Shown here piece after piece: positions 8,572 through 18,743 of a DNA stretch of 64,000 nt (position 1 is the stretch's first letter; each line of letters opens with the position of its first letter). Origin of the DNA: Flavobacteriales bacterium UBA7690. GTDB lineage: Bacteria > Bacteroidota > Bacteroidia > Flavobacteriales_F > PHOS-HE28. The DNA lies in the NCBI GenBank assembly GCA_002482775.1, contig DLGQ01000109.1:47789-111788 (forward strand). Reading direction: 5' to 3'. The position numbers and the translations under genes were made by a program. The notes under the pieces are model-generated. The model saw only the letters and a program-made list of their open reading frames with translations, did not search any database and had not been told where the DNA came from.

Positions 8572-8856
8572 TCACTCTTTGGTCACCGGGTCTTCCTCCA
8601 GGTCCAGCACCGTGGAGTTCGTTTCCACATCGAACCAACTGGCGAACAAGTCGTACGTCCGTTTCTGCGGCTGGCGGCTTTCGTCCGTGTACCAGTCGTT
8701 CAGTTCGTTCACGAAGATGTCATCGAAGTGGGTACGCATCCAATCCATCACTTCCTCGTTGCCGGCCTTCTCGTGGACGAGATGGATGTTGCACTCGCCC
8801 ATCGCGTTGATCGGTTCCATATCACTGAAGGTCGCATTGACCCGGTCGAAGAAGGG
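8572..8856 (-). pseudogene. 5'-truncated remnant of a small conserved hypothetical gene
   Basis: The frame reads *PFFDRVN...IFVNELNDWYTDE...WFDVE. The family-like PFFDxVN segment follows an in-frame TGA with no start codon. Confidence 0.5.
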
Positions 8857-8988
8857 TCAGGTCAACCAAGGTATCGGTCTTCCACGGCGGCTTTCTCGAT
8901 CACGAGATCCAGGAGGTCGATGCTGATGGGCAAGGGATATGGCATCTCCTGCGAAAGTATGTGGTGGGGTTACTGGTATTCCCACCCA

Positions 8989-9327
8989 TCAATGCCGCCA
9001 AGGAATGCCCGTGACGATGACGCCCCCGTTCGGCTGCGGTGTCACTTTACACGCCACCATTTCACCACCGGGGCATTTGTTCCAACGCACCATGGAGTCG
9101 TCGATATCACGTCCGAAGGCCAGTGGTGTTTGGAAAGCAGCTGACCGGACCGCGACATACAAGGCACAGGTCTTTTGGTCGAAGATGAAGTCGAAGAGGT
9201 CGATGTCCGCCGGTGCGGTGGTAGGTTGCGCTGCTGTTAGGACCGGCAGTAGTGGTTGTCGCTTCACGGCTTGTTGACCGTAGGTATCGGTGCAGAAGAG
9301 GAGCGTGGCGAAGGAAAGCACCCACAT
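8989..9327 (-). CDS. Hypothetical exported protein, possibly a frameshifted remnant
   Basis: Signal-like MWVLSFATLLFCTDTYGQ; coding-like sequence continues in another frame past the stop. Confidence 0.4.
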   Translation of the reverse strand: MWVLSFATLLFCTDTYGQQAVKRQPLLPVLTAAQPTTAPADIDLFDFIFDQKTCALYVAVRSAAFQTPLAFGRDIDDSMVRWNKCPGGEMVACKVTPQPNGGVIVTGIPWRH

Positions 9328-9621
9328 GCTGATGCTGCGCGTGGGGGTTTCCGGTGTTGCGCGACCGGGAAGGTCCTGGGATATTGCCGCGCGGGTTTGT
9401 GCAGGGTTGAGCATGGTATTGGGACGGGCTTGGAACGAACATTACGAAGGTGGTGAAGTTCATCGCGTCTAGCGCATGCCAGCGAGAACGGTCATCACGA
9501 TATGCCCCATCCATCACGTGCAGCATGGGTTCGGGGCTGTGCACCATCCGTACGACCGATCAGGGAACGGAACGCGCCACCCTTCTGTATCCATTATGAA
9601 TTTGCATCTTGCGTCAGATCC

Positions 9622-10140
9622 ATGCGCAGCGCACTCCCTCTTTTGTTCCTTGTCGTCTCGTTGTTCTCCGCATCGAAGGTTCTGGCCCAAGGCGGTGTGC
9701 GTGCGATCTTTTGGGATTACATGAGTTTGGGACCGAACAACTGGGCCAATGGTCTGGGCCTGGGATATGACCAGGACCTGAACGATCGACTATCCCTTGG
9801 TATCCAGGGACGCATCTTGCTGTCGAACGAGGCGAAATGGTCGGTGAGTTACCGGAGTGCCTATCACCTCGCCGACAACGATGAGGCCTCTTTCTACATC
9901 GGCCCACAGGTTGCTGTGATGAGCTATGAGACACGGAACGGGAACTCCACCTTGGTGCCCATCGGTATGCGTTGTGGTGTGCGCGGAGGTCTGGAGCGTT
10001 TCTACGCCGATATTTTCGCAGCTGTGAACTACACGATCGGCGCTTCTGGTGTGGAGCTCACTTCCCGTGACCCGACGTTGAGCGCTTCGTTGATCGAGAT
10101 CGGCCTACACATGGGCTGGGGTTGGGACAAGGCGCGCTAA
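9622..10140 (+). CDS. Outer-membrane beta-barrel-like protein
   Basis: Signal peptide ending VLAQ, alternating Gly/aromatic strands, C-terminal GLHMGWGW. Confidence 0.75.
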   Translation: MRSALPLLFLVVSLFSASKVLAQGGVRAIFWDYMSLGPNNWANGLGLGYDQDLNDRLSLGIQGRILLSNEAKWSVSYRSAYHLADNDEASFYIGPQVAVMSYETRNGNSTLVPIGMRCGVRGGLERFYADIFAAVNYTIGASGVELTSRDPTLSASLIEIGLHMGWGWDKAR

Positions 10141-10310
10141 GTACAGCCGAGGTATCGTCCCGTGATGTGGATCCGTGCGTGACCTGTGCGTTGGGAACGC
10201 GTGCCTTGCGCGATACCCCCTTCCGTGATCCGTGCCGCGTGCTTCAACACCTGTAGGTGCTATTCGAGAAGAAGAATGGTCCGGTGCAGGTGATACGACA
10301 CTGGTGGGCA

Positions 10311-10350
10311 AGCAAAAGCCCCCACCCGTTCAAGGATGAGGGCTTCTGCT
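10311..10350 (-). terminator. Intrinsic terminator of the large T9SS gene
   Basis: Minus strand reads AGCAGAAGCCC...GGGCTTTTGCT, 14 bp after the stop. Confidence 0.7.
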
Positions 10351-10364
10351 CGTGATCCTGGATA

Positions 10365-13300
10365 TCACTCCACGATGATGCGACCCGTGGCGATCCGATC
10401 ACCGCTCACGATCCGATAGAGGAACACACCCTGGCTCATCCCGGTGACGTTCCATTCGATCCTGTGCGGCAGCCCTTCTGCCAAGATGCCCAAGTGGCGC
10501 TGCTCCACCAATGTGCCGTTGAGCGAGTGGATCTCGAAGGTCGTCGGTTGGTCGTTCGAGGTTCCTTCCAGTTGCAGGTTCGCGATCGCGTTCGCCGGGT
10601 TGGGGAACACGGCCACCTTCAGCAGTGTTTCCTCTGCCGTTACGATGGAAGGCGTGTTGGTGTTCTCCACCACCAACCCCGAGATGCCACCAGGGCATTG
10701 CAGATAACCATTGTTCGTGGTGCCACCGGCATAACCCGTGTTTATGGCTGCAAGCGCAGCGGCAAGCGTGGTACGGCTGTAGAGGCCTCCGCAGTTCCCG
10801 ATCTTGGAGTCCGCTTCATCGATCAATTCCTGCACGGTCCAACCGGAGAACGTTCCACTGGTGATCACCATGTTCTTGAGCAAGGTTGTAGATGGGCTGA
10901 AGGCGGTGTTCAACTCATCGAAACGGACGCTCAATTTCAGGGCTACCAATTCACCCGCAAGCGCGTTGCTGTAGGTGGTGGGGTTCTGCATGGTACCGCT
11001 CGGCAGTCTGGCGCTGCTGCCGGTGGAGGGTAGGAACGCGATCACAGCCGACGCGCTGGTCAAGCGTAAGAACCTGCCGCCACAACCGATGGTGAGGAAG
11101 CCAGGCGACGGGAAAGCCGCAGCGAAGTTGCTGGTCAAGTAGGATGCCGCAGTTCCGGAAGTCGCTCCCCAAGCCGCTTGTGTTTCCGTGCGTGTGCCTG
11201 CACAACTGTTGCCCGCGAGGGTGATGGTGGTAGTGCAACTAGCCACACACCCACGCGCATCGGTCACCACGACCGTGTATGATCCGGATGCGGTCACCGT
11301 TGCGGAGGCTGTGGTCTGCACGGGTGAAGTGTTCCAGCTATAGGTGTAGGGAGCAAGTCCACCACTGGCCGTCACGCTAACGGTGCTCGTTGACGCATTT
11401 GAAGTGCAACTCGCGGTTGGTGGGGCGTTCACGGATACGACCGTGGCTGCAGAAGTGCCGGAACAAGTGCCGCTGGCCACGGAAACGGTATAACTACCGG
11501 CTTGGTTGGCCGTGTAGCTGTTGCTTGTAGCTCCACTGATCACCGTGCCATTCCTGCTCCATGTGTAGGTTGAACCGGAACTGCTGGCGGTGCTCAACAC
11601 TACGCTACTTCCTGTGCAGAGCGCTGTGTTGCCATTGGCCGTGATCGTTGGCGTGGTGCCCGTTCCGCTCACCGTTACCGTGATCGCACTGGAAGTGGCA
11701 GAAGAACCGCAGCCGGTCACGGTGCGTGTGTAGCTGCCTGCTTGCGTTGCCGTGTACGTGCTGCTGGTCGCACCGCTGATGGTGGTGCCATTTCGCCTCC
11801 AGCTGTAAGTGAAACCGGTGCCCGTATTTCCGCTCAGGACCACGCTGCCACCGGAGCAGAACGTGGTGGGTCCGGATGCTGTGATGGTTGCCGTAGGCGA
11901 AGTGCTCACGGTGATGTTGACAGGGGCCGATGTGGTGGAACAGCTGCCGTTGGTCACGGTCACCGTCATGGCACCGGTCTGGTAGGCTGTGTAGGCATAA
12001 CTCGTGGCCGCACCCGATATCGCCACCCCGTTCAACCGCCATTGGTAGCTATTCCCGCTGGCTTGTGCCGTGACTAGGATAACGTTGCCCCCATAGCAGA
12101 ATGTGGTGGGGCCGAGTGCGGTGATGGTTGGTGTGGCACCTGTGCCGGAGCCTGCCGTAACGCTCACGGCGTTGGAAGTCACGGAACAGCCACCTGTGGT
12201 GATGGTCGCTGTGTACGAACCGGTGAGGTTCGCGGTGTAGCTGCTGGTTGTAGCTCCGGAGATCACGTTACCGTCCCGCCGCCAGGCGTAGGTATACCCA
12301 CTACCGGAAGTGGCGTTCAGGACAACACTGCCGCCGGAACAGAAGCTCGTGCTGCCGGCCGCAGTAACGCTGGCTGTAGGTGCTGCGTTCACGGTCACGG
12401 TAATGGCGTTGGATGTCGTAGAACACCCCCCGTTGCTCACCACCACGGTGTAGCTTCCGGCCTGTGTGGCGCTGTAGCTGCTGGCGGTGGCACCGGAAAT
12501 GGTGGTTCCACCTCGGCGCCACACGTAGGTGAAGCCGCTACCGGTGTTGGCACCCAGGGTCACGCTGCCGCCGTTGCAGAAGGTGGTGGAGCCGTTGGCC
12601 GTTATCGTCGCTGTTGGGGCGGAATTGATGGAGACCACCGTGCCTGCGGAAGAGACCGAGCACCCACCGCTGGTGATCGTCACCACATACGTGCCCGCTT
12701 GGTTCGCCGTGTAACTGCTGCTCGTAGCACCGCTGATGGTGGTGCCACTGCGTTTCCAGATATACGTGTATCCGGTGCCGGTAGTGGCGTTTAACACTAC
12801 ACTGCCTCCCGTACAGAACCCTGTGGTGCCCCCAGCATTGATCGTTGCCGTGGGTGCTGTGTTCACCGTTACGTTGGTGGCCCCCGATGTGGTGGTGCAT
12901 CCACCATTGCTCACGACGAGGGTATAGCTGCCAGCTTCCGTTGCGGTGTAACTACTGCTTGTAGCGCCACTGATCGCCGTTCCGTTGCGCCTCCATACAT
13001 AGGTGAGTCCGGTGCCCGTGTTCCCGTTCAGTACCACACTACCACCTGTGCAGAAGGTGGTGGCACCGCCAGCAGAAATGGTGGCAGTTGGCGCGCTGTT
13101 CACGGTGACGTTGACGATGGCGGAGCTTGTGGAGCATCCGCTGTTGGTGATGGTGACGGAGTAGGCTCCGGCTTGTGTGGCGGTATAGCTGCTGCTGGTG
13201 GCACCACTGATGGATACCCCACCGCGCTTCCACACGTAGGAGTAACCTGATCCTGTGCTCGCGTTCAGCACTACACTACCACCACTACAGAAGCCCGTAG

Positions 13301-15191
13301 CACCAGCGGCGGTGATGCTGGCTGTCGGTGTTATGCTGGTACCTGCGCACTGGCAGCTCGCATTGTACACATCGTTGATGGTGCAGGCGTTGTTGTCATT
13401 GCACGCGGACCCCACGGTAGCGCTGCCACCGACCACACCAAGGCAATCGGTCGTGGTAACGGAGCCGCTGGCCGTGGCCAATGCGCCGAGGGACATGTTG
13501 TAGTAGCTGCCGCTCGCGCTGGTCTCCAACACCACGGCACGTACCATGTATTGTTGGCCGGAAGCGAAGGGGATGGCACCGTTGGAATAGCTGGTACCTG
13601 TCACCGGGTTGGTGGTCAACCGGGTGATCGCTCCGGAAGAGGCATCAATGCGGTAGATATGGTAACCGGAAACGGTCTCCGCAGCGGCGCTCCACGTGAA
13701 CGAAGCGTTGCCGCTGTTGTTGGTCACGGCCAGGTTCGTTGGTGGCTTCACCATCTTCATGCGCAGGCTGGGGTCGCCCATCAGGTTCAAGTGGGTGCGG
13801 CCGATGGACGATTGCCATCCTTCGGTGATGGGCAGGTAGAGGCCCGTGTTGTTCATGGTCTCGCGTGCACCATATCCGATGTTCTCTCCCATGCCCATGT
13901 GGTGGAAGTACCACGCCGGAATGCCTGCCCAGCAATTGGTGAGGCCATCGCCGCGTGCGATGATGGCGCGCAGGAAGTTGTTGCGGTTATCGTAATCCAC
14001 GAAGAAGCTGCCCAACGCCATGTTGAACACACCGCCCATGGTCACGCTGCTGGCAAGTTGCTGCGTCGTGGTACCACCATCCGTACCGTTGTAGGTCACC
14101 ACAGAGCCGTCCAACGCTTGTTGACCACCACCGTAGTGGGCGGTCCACAAGTAGCTTTGGCCGTTCACGTAGTCCCTGAAATCGAGCACTGGTGCTGCAG
14201 GTACTGGGTTGCTGAGGCCGGTCATGGCAGAAGCGCGCCAGCCACTTCCACCAACAGGATTACCGAGCCATTCGAGCTTGTCGATCACCAACGCACGTGT
14301 GGTCGGGGCCCATTGTTTCACCTTGTAGTTGTGCGAGCGGTTCAGGTAGCTGCGCATCAGTTCCACTTCGCTGGTGCCGAAGGCGGGCATGTCGTACATA
14401 TCCACGCGGCCCACTTGCAATTCCACTGCGGAAGGGAAATCGCTCTGGTCGAATTTGCCATCACCGGGAACGTTCCATGTGCGCTGCTGGCTCGCTACCG
14501 TCACGTTCACGCTGTTGTCCGTCCATGTTCCGTTCACGTCAGCGTAGTATCCATCCGTTGGCCGTGCGCCACGCGCATCATCATGGCCATCGGGGTATAC
14601 GTTGCCGGAGTAGGGCACGGGTACGTGCCCGATGATGTAAAGCGCCTTCACATTGGTGGGGTCGCTGTTGTAGTGGCCTTGTACCACGCTCTTCACACTG
14701 GTCACCGTTGCTGTACGGGAAACATCGCTACGCAGAACGGCCCAGCCATCGCCGCGTAGGTCGTTCGTCAGCTGGGTCAGCTCCGTGGCCAGCGCAGAGG
14801 AGAGCGTGTTGTCCACCAACAGGATGATCTTGCCGCGATAGTCCACTACGGGCAACTGGATGCCGGTACTGATGTAGCCGATGCCGGTCACGCCGCCGGC
14901 CACCCGTACGATCTTGTATTCGTAGTTCGTCCCGATCACGGCACTGTTGTCCGTCCAGGTCAATGCGGAAGCGGACGGTGTGGCCACTGCGCTACCCCAC
15001 GAGGTGCTGGTCTTGGTCTTGCGATAGATTGTAAGCGACGATGTGCTACCGATGGAGGCCCAGTTGAGGGTGATCGACGGTGCGGTGGACACGGTAGCCG
15101 TGATGCGTACAGCGGCCTTCTCGGAAGAGGACTGTGCTGAAATGCCCAAGGCAAGGACAAGCGAAAGCGTAAAGAGGAGGATTCGAAGCAT
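10365..15191 (-). CDS. Large T9SS-secreted surface protein: FN3-like, peptidase C25-like domain, Cys-rich repeat, 8 Ig-like repeats, SprB-like repeat, CTD
   Basis: Signal MLRILLFTLSL...ISAQ; QVGRVD and LMGDPSLRM (C25-like); CNDNNACTIND; GGLAPYTYSW; VFPNPA...GVFLYRI CTD; 1608 aa. Confidence 0.9.
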   Translation of the reverse strand: MLRILLFTLSLVLALGISAQSSSEKAAVRITATVSTAPSITLNWASIGSTSSLTIYRKTKTSTSWGSAVATPSASALTWTDNSAVIGTNYEYKIVRVAGGVTGIGYISTGIQLPVVDYRGKIILLVDNTLSSALATELTQLTNDLRGDGWAVLRSDVSRTATVTSVKSVVQGHYNSDPTNVKALYIIGHVPVPYSGNVYPDGHDDARGARPTDGYYADVNGTWTDNSVNVTVASQQRTWNVPGDGKFDQSDFPSAVELQVGRVDMYDMPAFGTSEVELMRSYLNRSHNYKVKQWAPTTRALVIDKLEWLGNPVGGSGWRASAMTGLSNPVPAAPVLDFRDYVNGQSYLWTAHYGGGQQALDGSVVTYNGTDGGTTTQQLASSVTMGGVFNMALGSFFVDYDNRNNFLRAIIARGDGLTNCWAGIPAWYFHHMGMGENIGYGARETMNNTGLYLPITEGWQSSIGRTHLNLMGDPSLRMKMVKPPTNLAVTNNSGNASFTWSAAAETVSGYHIYRIDASSGAITRLTTNPVTGTSYSNGAIPFASGQQYMVRAVVLETSASGSYYNMSLGALATASGSVTTTDCLGVVGGSATVGSACNDNNACTINDVYNASCQCAGTSITPTASITAAGATGFCSGGSVVLNASTGSGYSYVWKRGGVSISGATSSSYTATQAGAYSVTITNSGCSTSSAIVNVTVNSAPTATISAGGATTFCTGGSVVLNGNTGTGLTYVWRRNGTAISGATSSSYTATEAGSYTLVVSNGGCTTTSGATNVTVNTAPTATINAGGTTGFCTGGSVVLNATTGTGYTYIWKRSGTTISGATSSSYTANQAGTYVVTITSGGCSVSSAGTVVSINSAPTATITANGSTTFCNGGSVTLGANTGSGFTYVWRRGGTTISGATASSYSATQAGSYTVVVSNGGCSTTSNAITVTVNAAPTASVTAAGSTSFCSGGSVVLNATSGSGYTYAWRRDGNVISGATTSSYTANLTGSYTATITTGGCSVTSNAVSVTAGSGTGATPTITALGPTTFCYGGNVILVTAQASGNSYQWRLNGVAISGAATSYAYTAYQTGAMTVTVTNGSCSTTSAPVNITVSTSPTATITASGPTTFCSGGSVVLSGNTGTGFTYSWRRNGTTISGATSSTYTATQAGSYTRTVTGCGSSATSSAITVTVSGTGTTPTITANGNTALCTGSSVVLSTASSSGSTYTWSRNGTVISGATSNSYTANQAGSYTVSVASGTCSGTSAATVVSVNAPPTASCTSNASTSTVSVTASGGLAPYTYSWNTSPVQTTASATVTASGSYTVVVTDARGCVASCTTTITLAGNSCAGTRTETQAAWGATSGTAASYLTSNFAAAFPSPGFLTIGCGGRFLRLTSASAVIAFLPSTGSSARLPSGTMQNPTTYSNALAGELVALKLSVRFDELNTAFSPSTTLLKNMVITSGTFSGWTVQELIDEADSKIGNCGGLYSRTTLAAALAAINTGYAGGTTNNGYLQCPGGISGLVVENTNTPSIVTAEETLLKVAVFPNPANAIANLQLEGTSNDQPTTFEIHSLNGTLVEQRHLGILAEGLPHRIEWNVTGMSQGVFLYRIVSGDRIATGRIIVE
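11425..13331 (-). repeat. Eight tandem intragenic Ig-like repeats of about 79 aa (about 237 bp)
   Basis: Repeated PTATITAxGxTxFCxGGSVVL...YxWxRxGxxISGATSSSYTA...C...VTV. Confidence 0.9.
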
Positions 15192-15628
15192 GATGTCTGG
15201 TTTTACAAGGAGCGGACCGCAGTGTGATCGTTCAGGACATGGATCGAGGGTTGAGACCCGGACCTGAGCGATGGTCACCTGGAGAATGGTTCACACGATG
15301 CGTGCGGACCCGCTACCAGCGAGAAGGACAGGAACGAAGTGGATTGGAGCATGGGGTCAAAACTAGGCCCCAGAGCAGGTATGAGTCCAGTGTGGAAGCC
15401 GCGTCTGACGTGTGTTCTAGCCCGCTTTGGCGGCATGTTCCGATGGTCCATCGCCATTATGCATGGACTCACGCCGTATGATCAATGGTTCGTCGGTTCA
15501 AGAGTGCTTTCTACGAATACGATCCTTAGCCCGTTGGAAGCTGAAGTTCACCCGATGATGCATGGAAGTGCACAGGTTGGATCGGAAAACGGGGTGGGGC
15601 GATACGAGGTGATCGTTGCCCGATCGGC

Positions 15629-16537
15629 TCAAGGCTGTGTCGTCCAGATCCTGCCGATCAATTGGCGCTGGGCCTCCACGGTCAAATGCAGCGGGTCACG
15701 CCAGAAGCTCCGATCGGTCGGGAAAAGCCCGGGTCGGTCAAGGTCGATCACCGGTGCCATGGTTTTCAAACGAGTGATGTAGGCCTCGCGCTTCGGCCCC
15801 AGCCCAGCGTCGCGCATGATGGCTTGCAGATCGGGGTGCGTTGGGTATTCCACGAACACGAGCTGCGCGCCCTCGGCGTTGCAACGGTCGGCCATGTACT
15901 GGAGCTTGTTGAACACCGTGGTGTCGATGCGGAAGTCGTTGGCACTGGCGCTTTCCGCTTCCAGGACCAGCCGCCATTGCTCTTCGGTAGGACTGTCATA
16001 GGTCACCGGGAACCACGAGCTGTAGATGTTCAGTCCAGCGGATTCGATCACCCTGCGATTGTACGTATAGGAATACGGTCTTTCAAGGATGGAACGTGGT
16101 TCTTGATAGATATCGAAATCACGCGAAGCATCCAGCCCGCGGAACGCCACTTGAACATACACCTTGCGCAAGGTGGCCAGGCTGTCCGCGTAACGGAACA
16201 GGTGGTCCATGGTCACATAGTTTCCACCTGGGATGCCGAAGTTGAAGTACCGATCGCCGGTGGCGCGTTCAAGACTGTCGAGGTCGAAATAGGAAAGACG
16301 ACTATCGCCCAATAGCACATTGGCCCGTGGTTCGCGACGGAATGCCACGAGCTTCCACATCATGTTGCTGAAGGACATGGTGCGTCCACTGTGGTAGAGG
16401 TTCTTCTCTTTAAGCTCTTGCGAAATGGGGCCCCCTTGGTGATACAGCGAGTAGGGATCCACCCAAGCGACCAACGCGAACAACGCGAACATCGGTAGCG
16501 AAAGCTTGAAGCACTGGAGAAGGAAGCGGCCCACCAT
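15629..16537 (-). CDS. Membrane-anchored SGNH-like partner of the MBOAT acyltransferase (AlgJ/DltD-like role)
   Basis: N-terminal TM, LLGDSR, FNFGIPG and C-terminal DPLHL motifs; 3 bp after the MBOAT gene. Confidence 0.75.
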   Translation of the reverse strand: MVGRFLLQCFKLSLPMFALFALVAWVDPYSLYHQGGPISQELKEKNLYHSGRTMSFSNMMWKLVAFRREPRANVLLGDSRLSYFDLDSLERATGDRYFNFGIPGGNYVTMDHLFRYADSLATLRKVYVQVAFRGLDASRDFDIYQEPRSILERPYSYTYNRRVIESAGLNIYSSWFPVTYDSPTEEQWRLVLEAESASANDFRIDTTVFNKLQYMADRCNAEGAQLVFVEYPTHPDLQAIMRDAGLGPKREAYITRLKTMAPVIDLDRPGLFPTDRSFWRDPLHLTVEAQRQLIGRIWTTQP

Positions 16538-16540
16538 GGT

Positions 16541-17986
16541 TCAGAACTGGAAGTAGATGAACTCGCCGCCACCAAGGGGTGCGCAGACGATGATGATGGC
16601 GATGATGCCGTAGTACAATGCGTAGCGTATCGGCCTGGTGGCCCGCCCATCCATCTGCAGGCCGTACTGTCGCTCGCGATTGATCCACTCGAGCAGGAGC
16701 ATGATGCCGATACCCATGGCGCTGATACCCAACGTGAGCGCACTGCTGACCTCCGGGCTGTTGAACAACGATCGCGAGAAGATGCGGCCGATCACTTCGT
16801 AGGCCTGGTCCATGCTCTGTGCGCGGAAGAAGATCCACGCGAAACAGGCCATGGCGAAAGTGACCAGCACTTGGAACAGCTCGCGCAAGCTGGGGAATAC
16901 GCGGCCCTGTGCCACGGTGCCGCTCATGCTGCGGTGTTTGTCCATCACCACCAACGGCAGGAAGAACAATGCGTTGATGGCGCCCCATGCCACGAAGGTC
17001 CAGTTGGCACCATGCCAGAAACCGCTCACCAGGAAGATGATCATGGTATTGCGTACCACGAGCGCTTTACCGCCTTTGCTCCCACCCAGAGGTATGTAGA
17101 GGTAGTCGCGGAACCAAGTGCTGAGTGAGATGTGCCAACGGCGCCAGAACTCAGCGATGTCGCGCGAGAAGTAGGGGAAGGCGAAGTTGCGCATCAGCTC
17201 GAAGCCGAATAGGCGCGCACATCCGATGGCGATATCGCTGTAGCCGCTGAAGTCACAATAGATCTGGAACGCGAAGAGCACGGTGGCCAGCAACATGGTG
17301 CTGCCAGCATGTGCCGAAGGATCGGCGTAGAAATGGTTCACGATCTGCGCGCAGTTGTCGGCGATCACGATCTTCTTGAACAAGCCCCACAGCATCTGGC
17401 GAAGCCCATCGCGCGCCATGGCGATATCGAACGATCGTGTCCCTTCGAATTGCGGGATCATGTGCCGCGCACGTTCGATCGGTCCGGCGAGCATCTGCGG
17501 GAAGAAGCTCACGAAGGCGAAGAAGGTGACGGGGTCACTGGTGGCCTTCAACTGCTTGCGATACACGTCTATGGTATAGCTCAGGCTTTGGAAGGTATAA
17601 AAGCTGATGCCGACCGGTAGCACGAGGTTCAGCGTTCCCAGGTTGAAGGGGAGCCCCATCACGGTGAAGGCCGAATGGAAGCTGTTGATGAAGAAGTCGT
17701 AGTACTTGAAGAAGCCCAGCAGGCCCAGGTTCGCTACCAAGCTGATGGCGAGCAGGCCCTTGCGACGTTGTTGTTCGGTGGCTTTTTCGAGGCCGAGGGC
17801 GACCAGGTAATCGGTACCCGATGTGAAGATCAGCAGCCCCAGGTAGCGCCAGTCCCACCACCCGTAGAACACGAAACCGGCCAGGATCAGGAACGCGTTC
17901 TGCCCACGCAGGTTACCGTTCAATGCCCAGTAAAGCAGGAATACGATCGGTAGGAATACCGCGAAATCGATAGAGTTGAAAAGCAT
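16541..17986 (-). CDS. MBOAT family O-acyltransferase (AlgI type)
   Basis: LPVGISFYTFQ, FFPQMLAGPIER, DFSGYSD, FWRRWHISLSTWFRDY, SGFWHGA. Confidence 0.95.
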   Translation of the reverse strand: MLFNSIDFAVFLPIVFLLYWALNGNLRGQNAFLILAGFVFYGWWDWRYLGLLIFTSGTDYLVALGLEKATEQQRRKGLLAISLVANLGLLGFFKYYDFFINSFHSAFTVMGLPFNLGTLNLVLPVGISFYTFQSLSYTIDVYRKQLKATSDPVTFFAFVSFFPQMLAGPIERARHMIPQFEGTRSFDIAMARDGLRQMLWGLFKKIVIADNCAQIVNHFYADPSAHAGSTMLLATVLFAFQIYCDFSGYSDIAIGCARLFGFELMRNFAFPYFSRDIAEFWRRWHISLSTWFRDYLYIPLGGSKGGKALVVRNTMIIFLVSGFWHGANWTFVAWGAINALFFLPLVVMDKHRSMSGTVAQGRVFPSLRELFQVLVTFAMACFAWIFFRAQSMDQAYEVIGRIFSRSLFNSPEVSSALTLGISAMGIGIMLLLEWINRERQYGLQMDGRATRPIRYALYYGIIAIIIVCAPLGGGEFIYFQF

Positions 17987-18171
17987 CGCTGCGCTGTCGC
18001 GAAGGGCGTTCTACGGCAACCACGTGCAGTGGGTTCCGTGGACGAAGGCCTTCACCCCGACCGATCCAAAGCTACCCGTGTAAAGCGCCGTGGCTAAGCA
18101 ACCTGGCGAGGGAATTCCATGCTGCGTTGTTGATGGCCAAGGTCCCCCGCCGCGCCCTAACTTTCGGAAGA

Positions 18172-18591
18172 ATGAGTTTCGACACCCGAACAATAGAGAC
18201 CCGCATCGCTTCAATGTCCTTGGTGGGCCCGGGCTTCATCGAGCAGCGTTTCCGTGCCGGGGAGCGTATCGATCTGGCTGGCTTCGCCGAGAACAAGAAG
18301 GCGCGCTTCGCACTGGCCAATGGCGAGACCTGCGTCATGCTCAGCATCATCCCCAAGGACATGGACTTCGATGTTAGCGTTACCGGCGTTGATCATTTCG
18401 CACCGGAACGCGGCCATGACACGCTGCGTGCATTGGCCGTGGTCGTGCACGATAACATGGCCGAAATGGTGACCAAGTTGTTCTTCTCGTACTTCCCCAC
18501 CGTGTTCCGCACCAAAGTGTTCGATGGAGAGGCTGAAGCGCGCAGTTGGTTGACGGAACAGCTCGTGGAGATCGCCCGCGAAGAAGCGTGA
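18172..18591 (+). CDS. STAS/SEC14-like small protein
   Basis: ALAVVV...KVFDGEAEARSWL C-terminal signature; a -7-like box before ATG 18172. Confidence 0.7.
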   Translation: MSFDTRTIETRIASMSLVGPGFIEQRFRAGERIDLAGFAENKKARFALANGETCVMLSIIPKDMDFDVSVTGVDHFAPERGHDTLRALAVVVHDNMAEMVTKLFFSYFPTVFRTKVFDGEAEARSWLTEQLVEIAREEA

Positions 18592-18743
18592 ACGGATCGC
18601 GTTAACGGAGGGCGTGCGAATGGTTGCCTCTAGGCAACCGATCCGTTGTCCTCCGTATTCTCCTTGCTGACCGGTGGAAGCCCCGGATCGGCCACCACCA
18701 TGTTCAGCACAACGACCACCGTCGTCCGCCACATTATTGCCCG

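Noticed and set aside
11425..13331. Diversity-generating retroelement template/variable repeats
   Set aside because: Ordinary diverged tandem domains; no reverse transcriptase and no adenine-specific mismatch pattern noticed
13551..14759. 402-aa plus-strand ORF
   Set aside because: Antisense shadow of the large T9SS gene; no motifs
15339..15782. 147-aa plus-strand ORF
   Set aside because: No motifs; overlaps the SGNH-like gene and the upstream region of the T9SS gene
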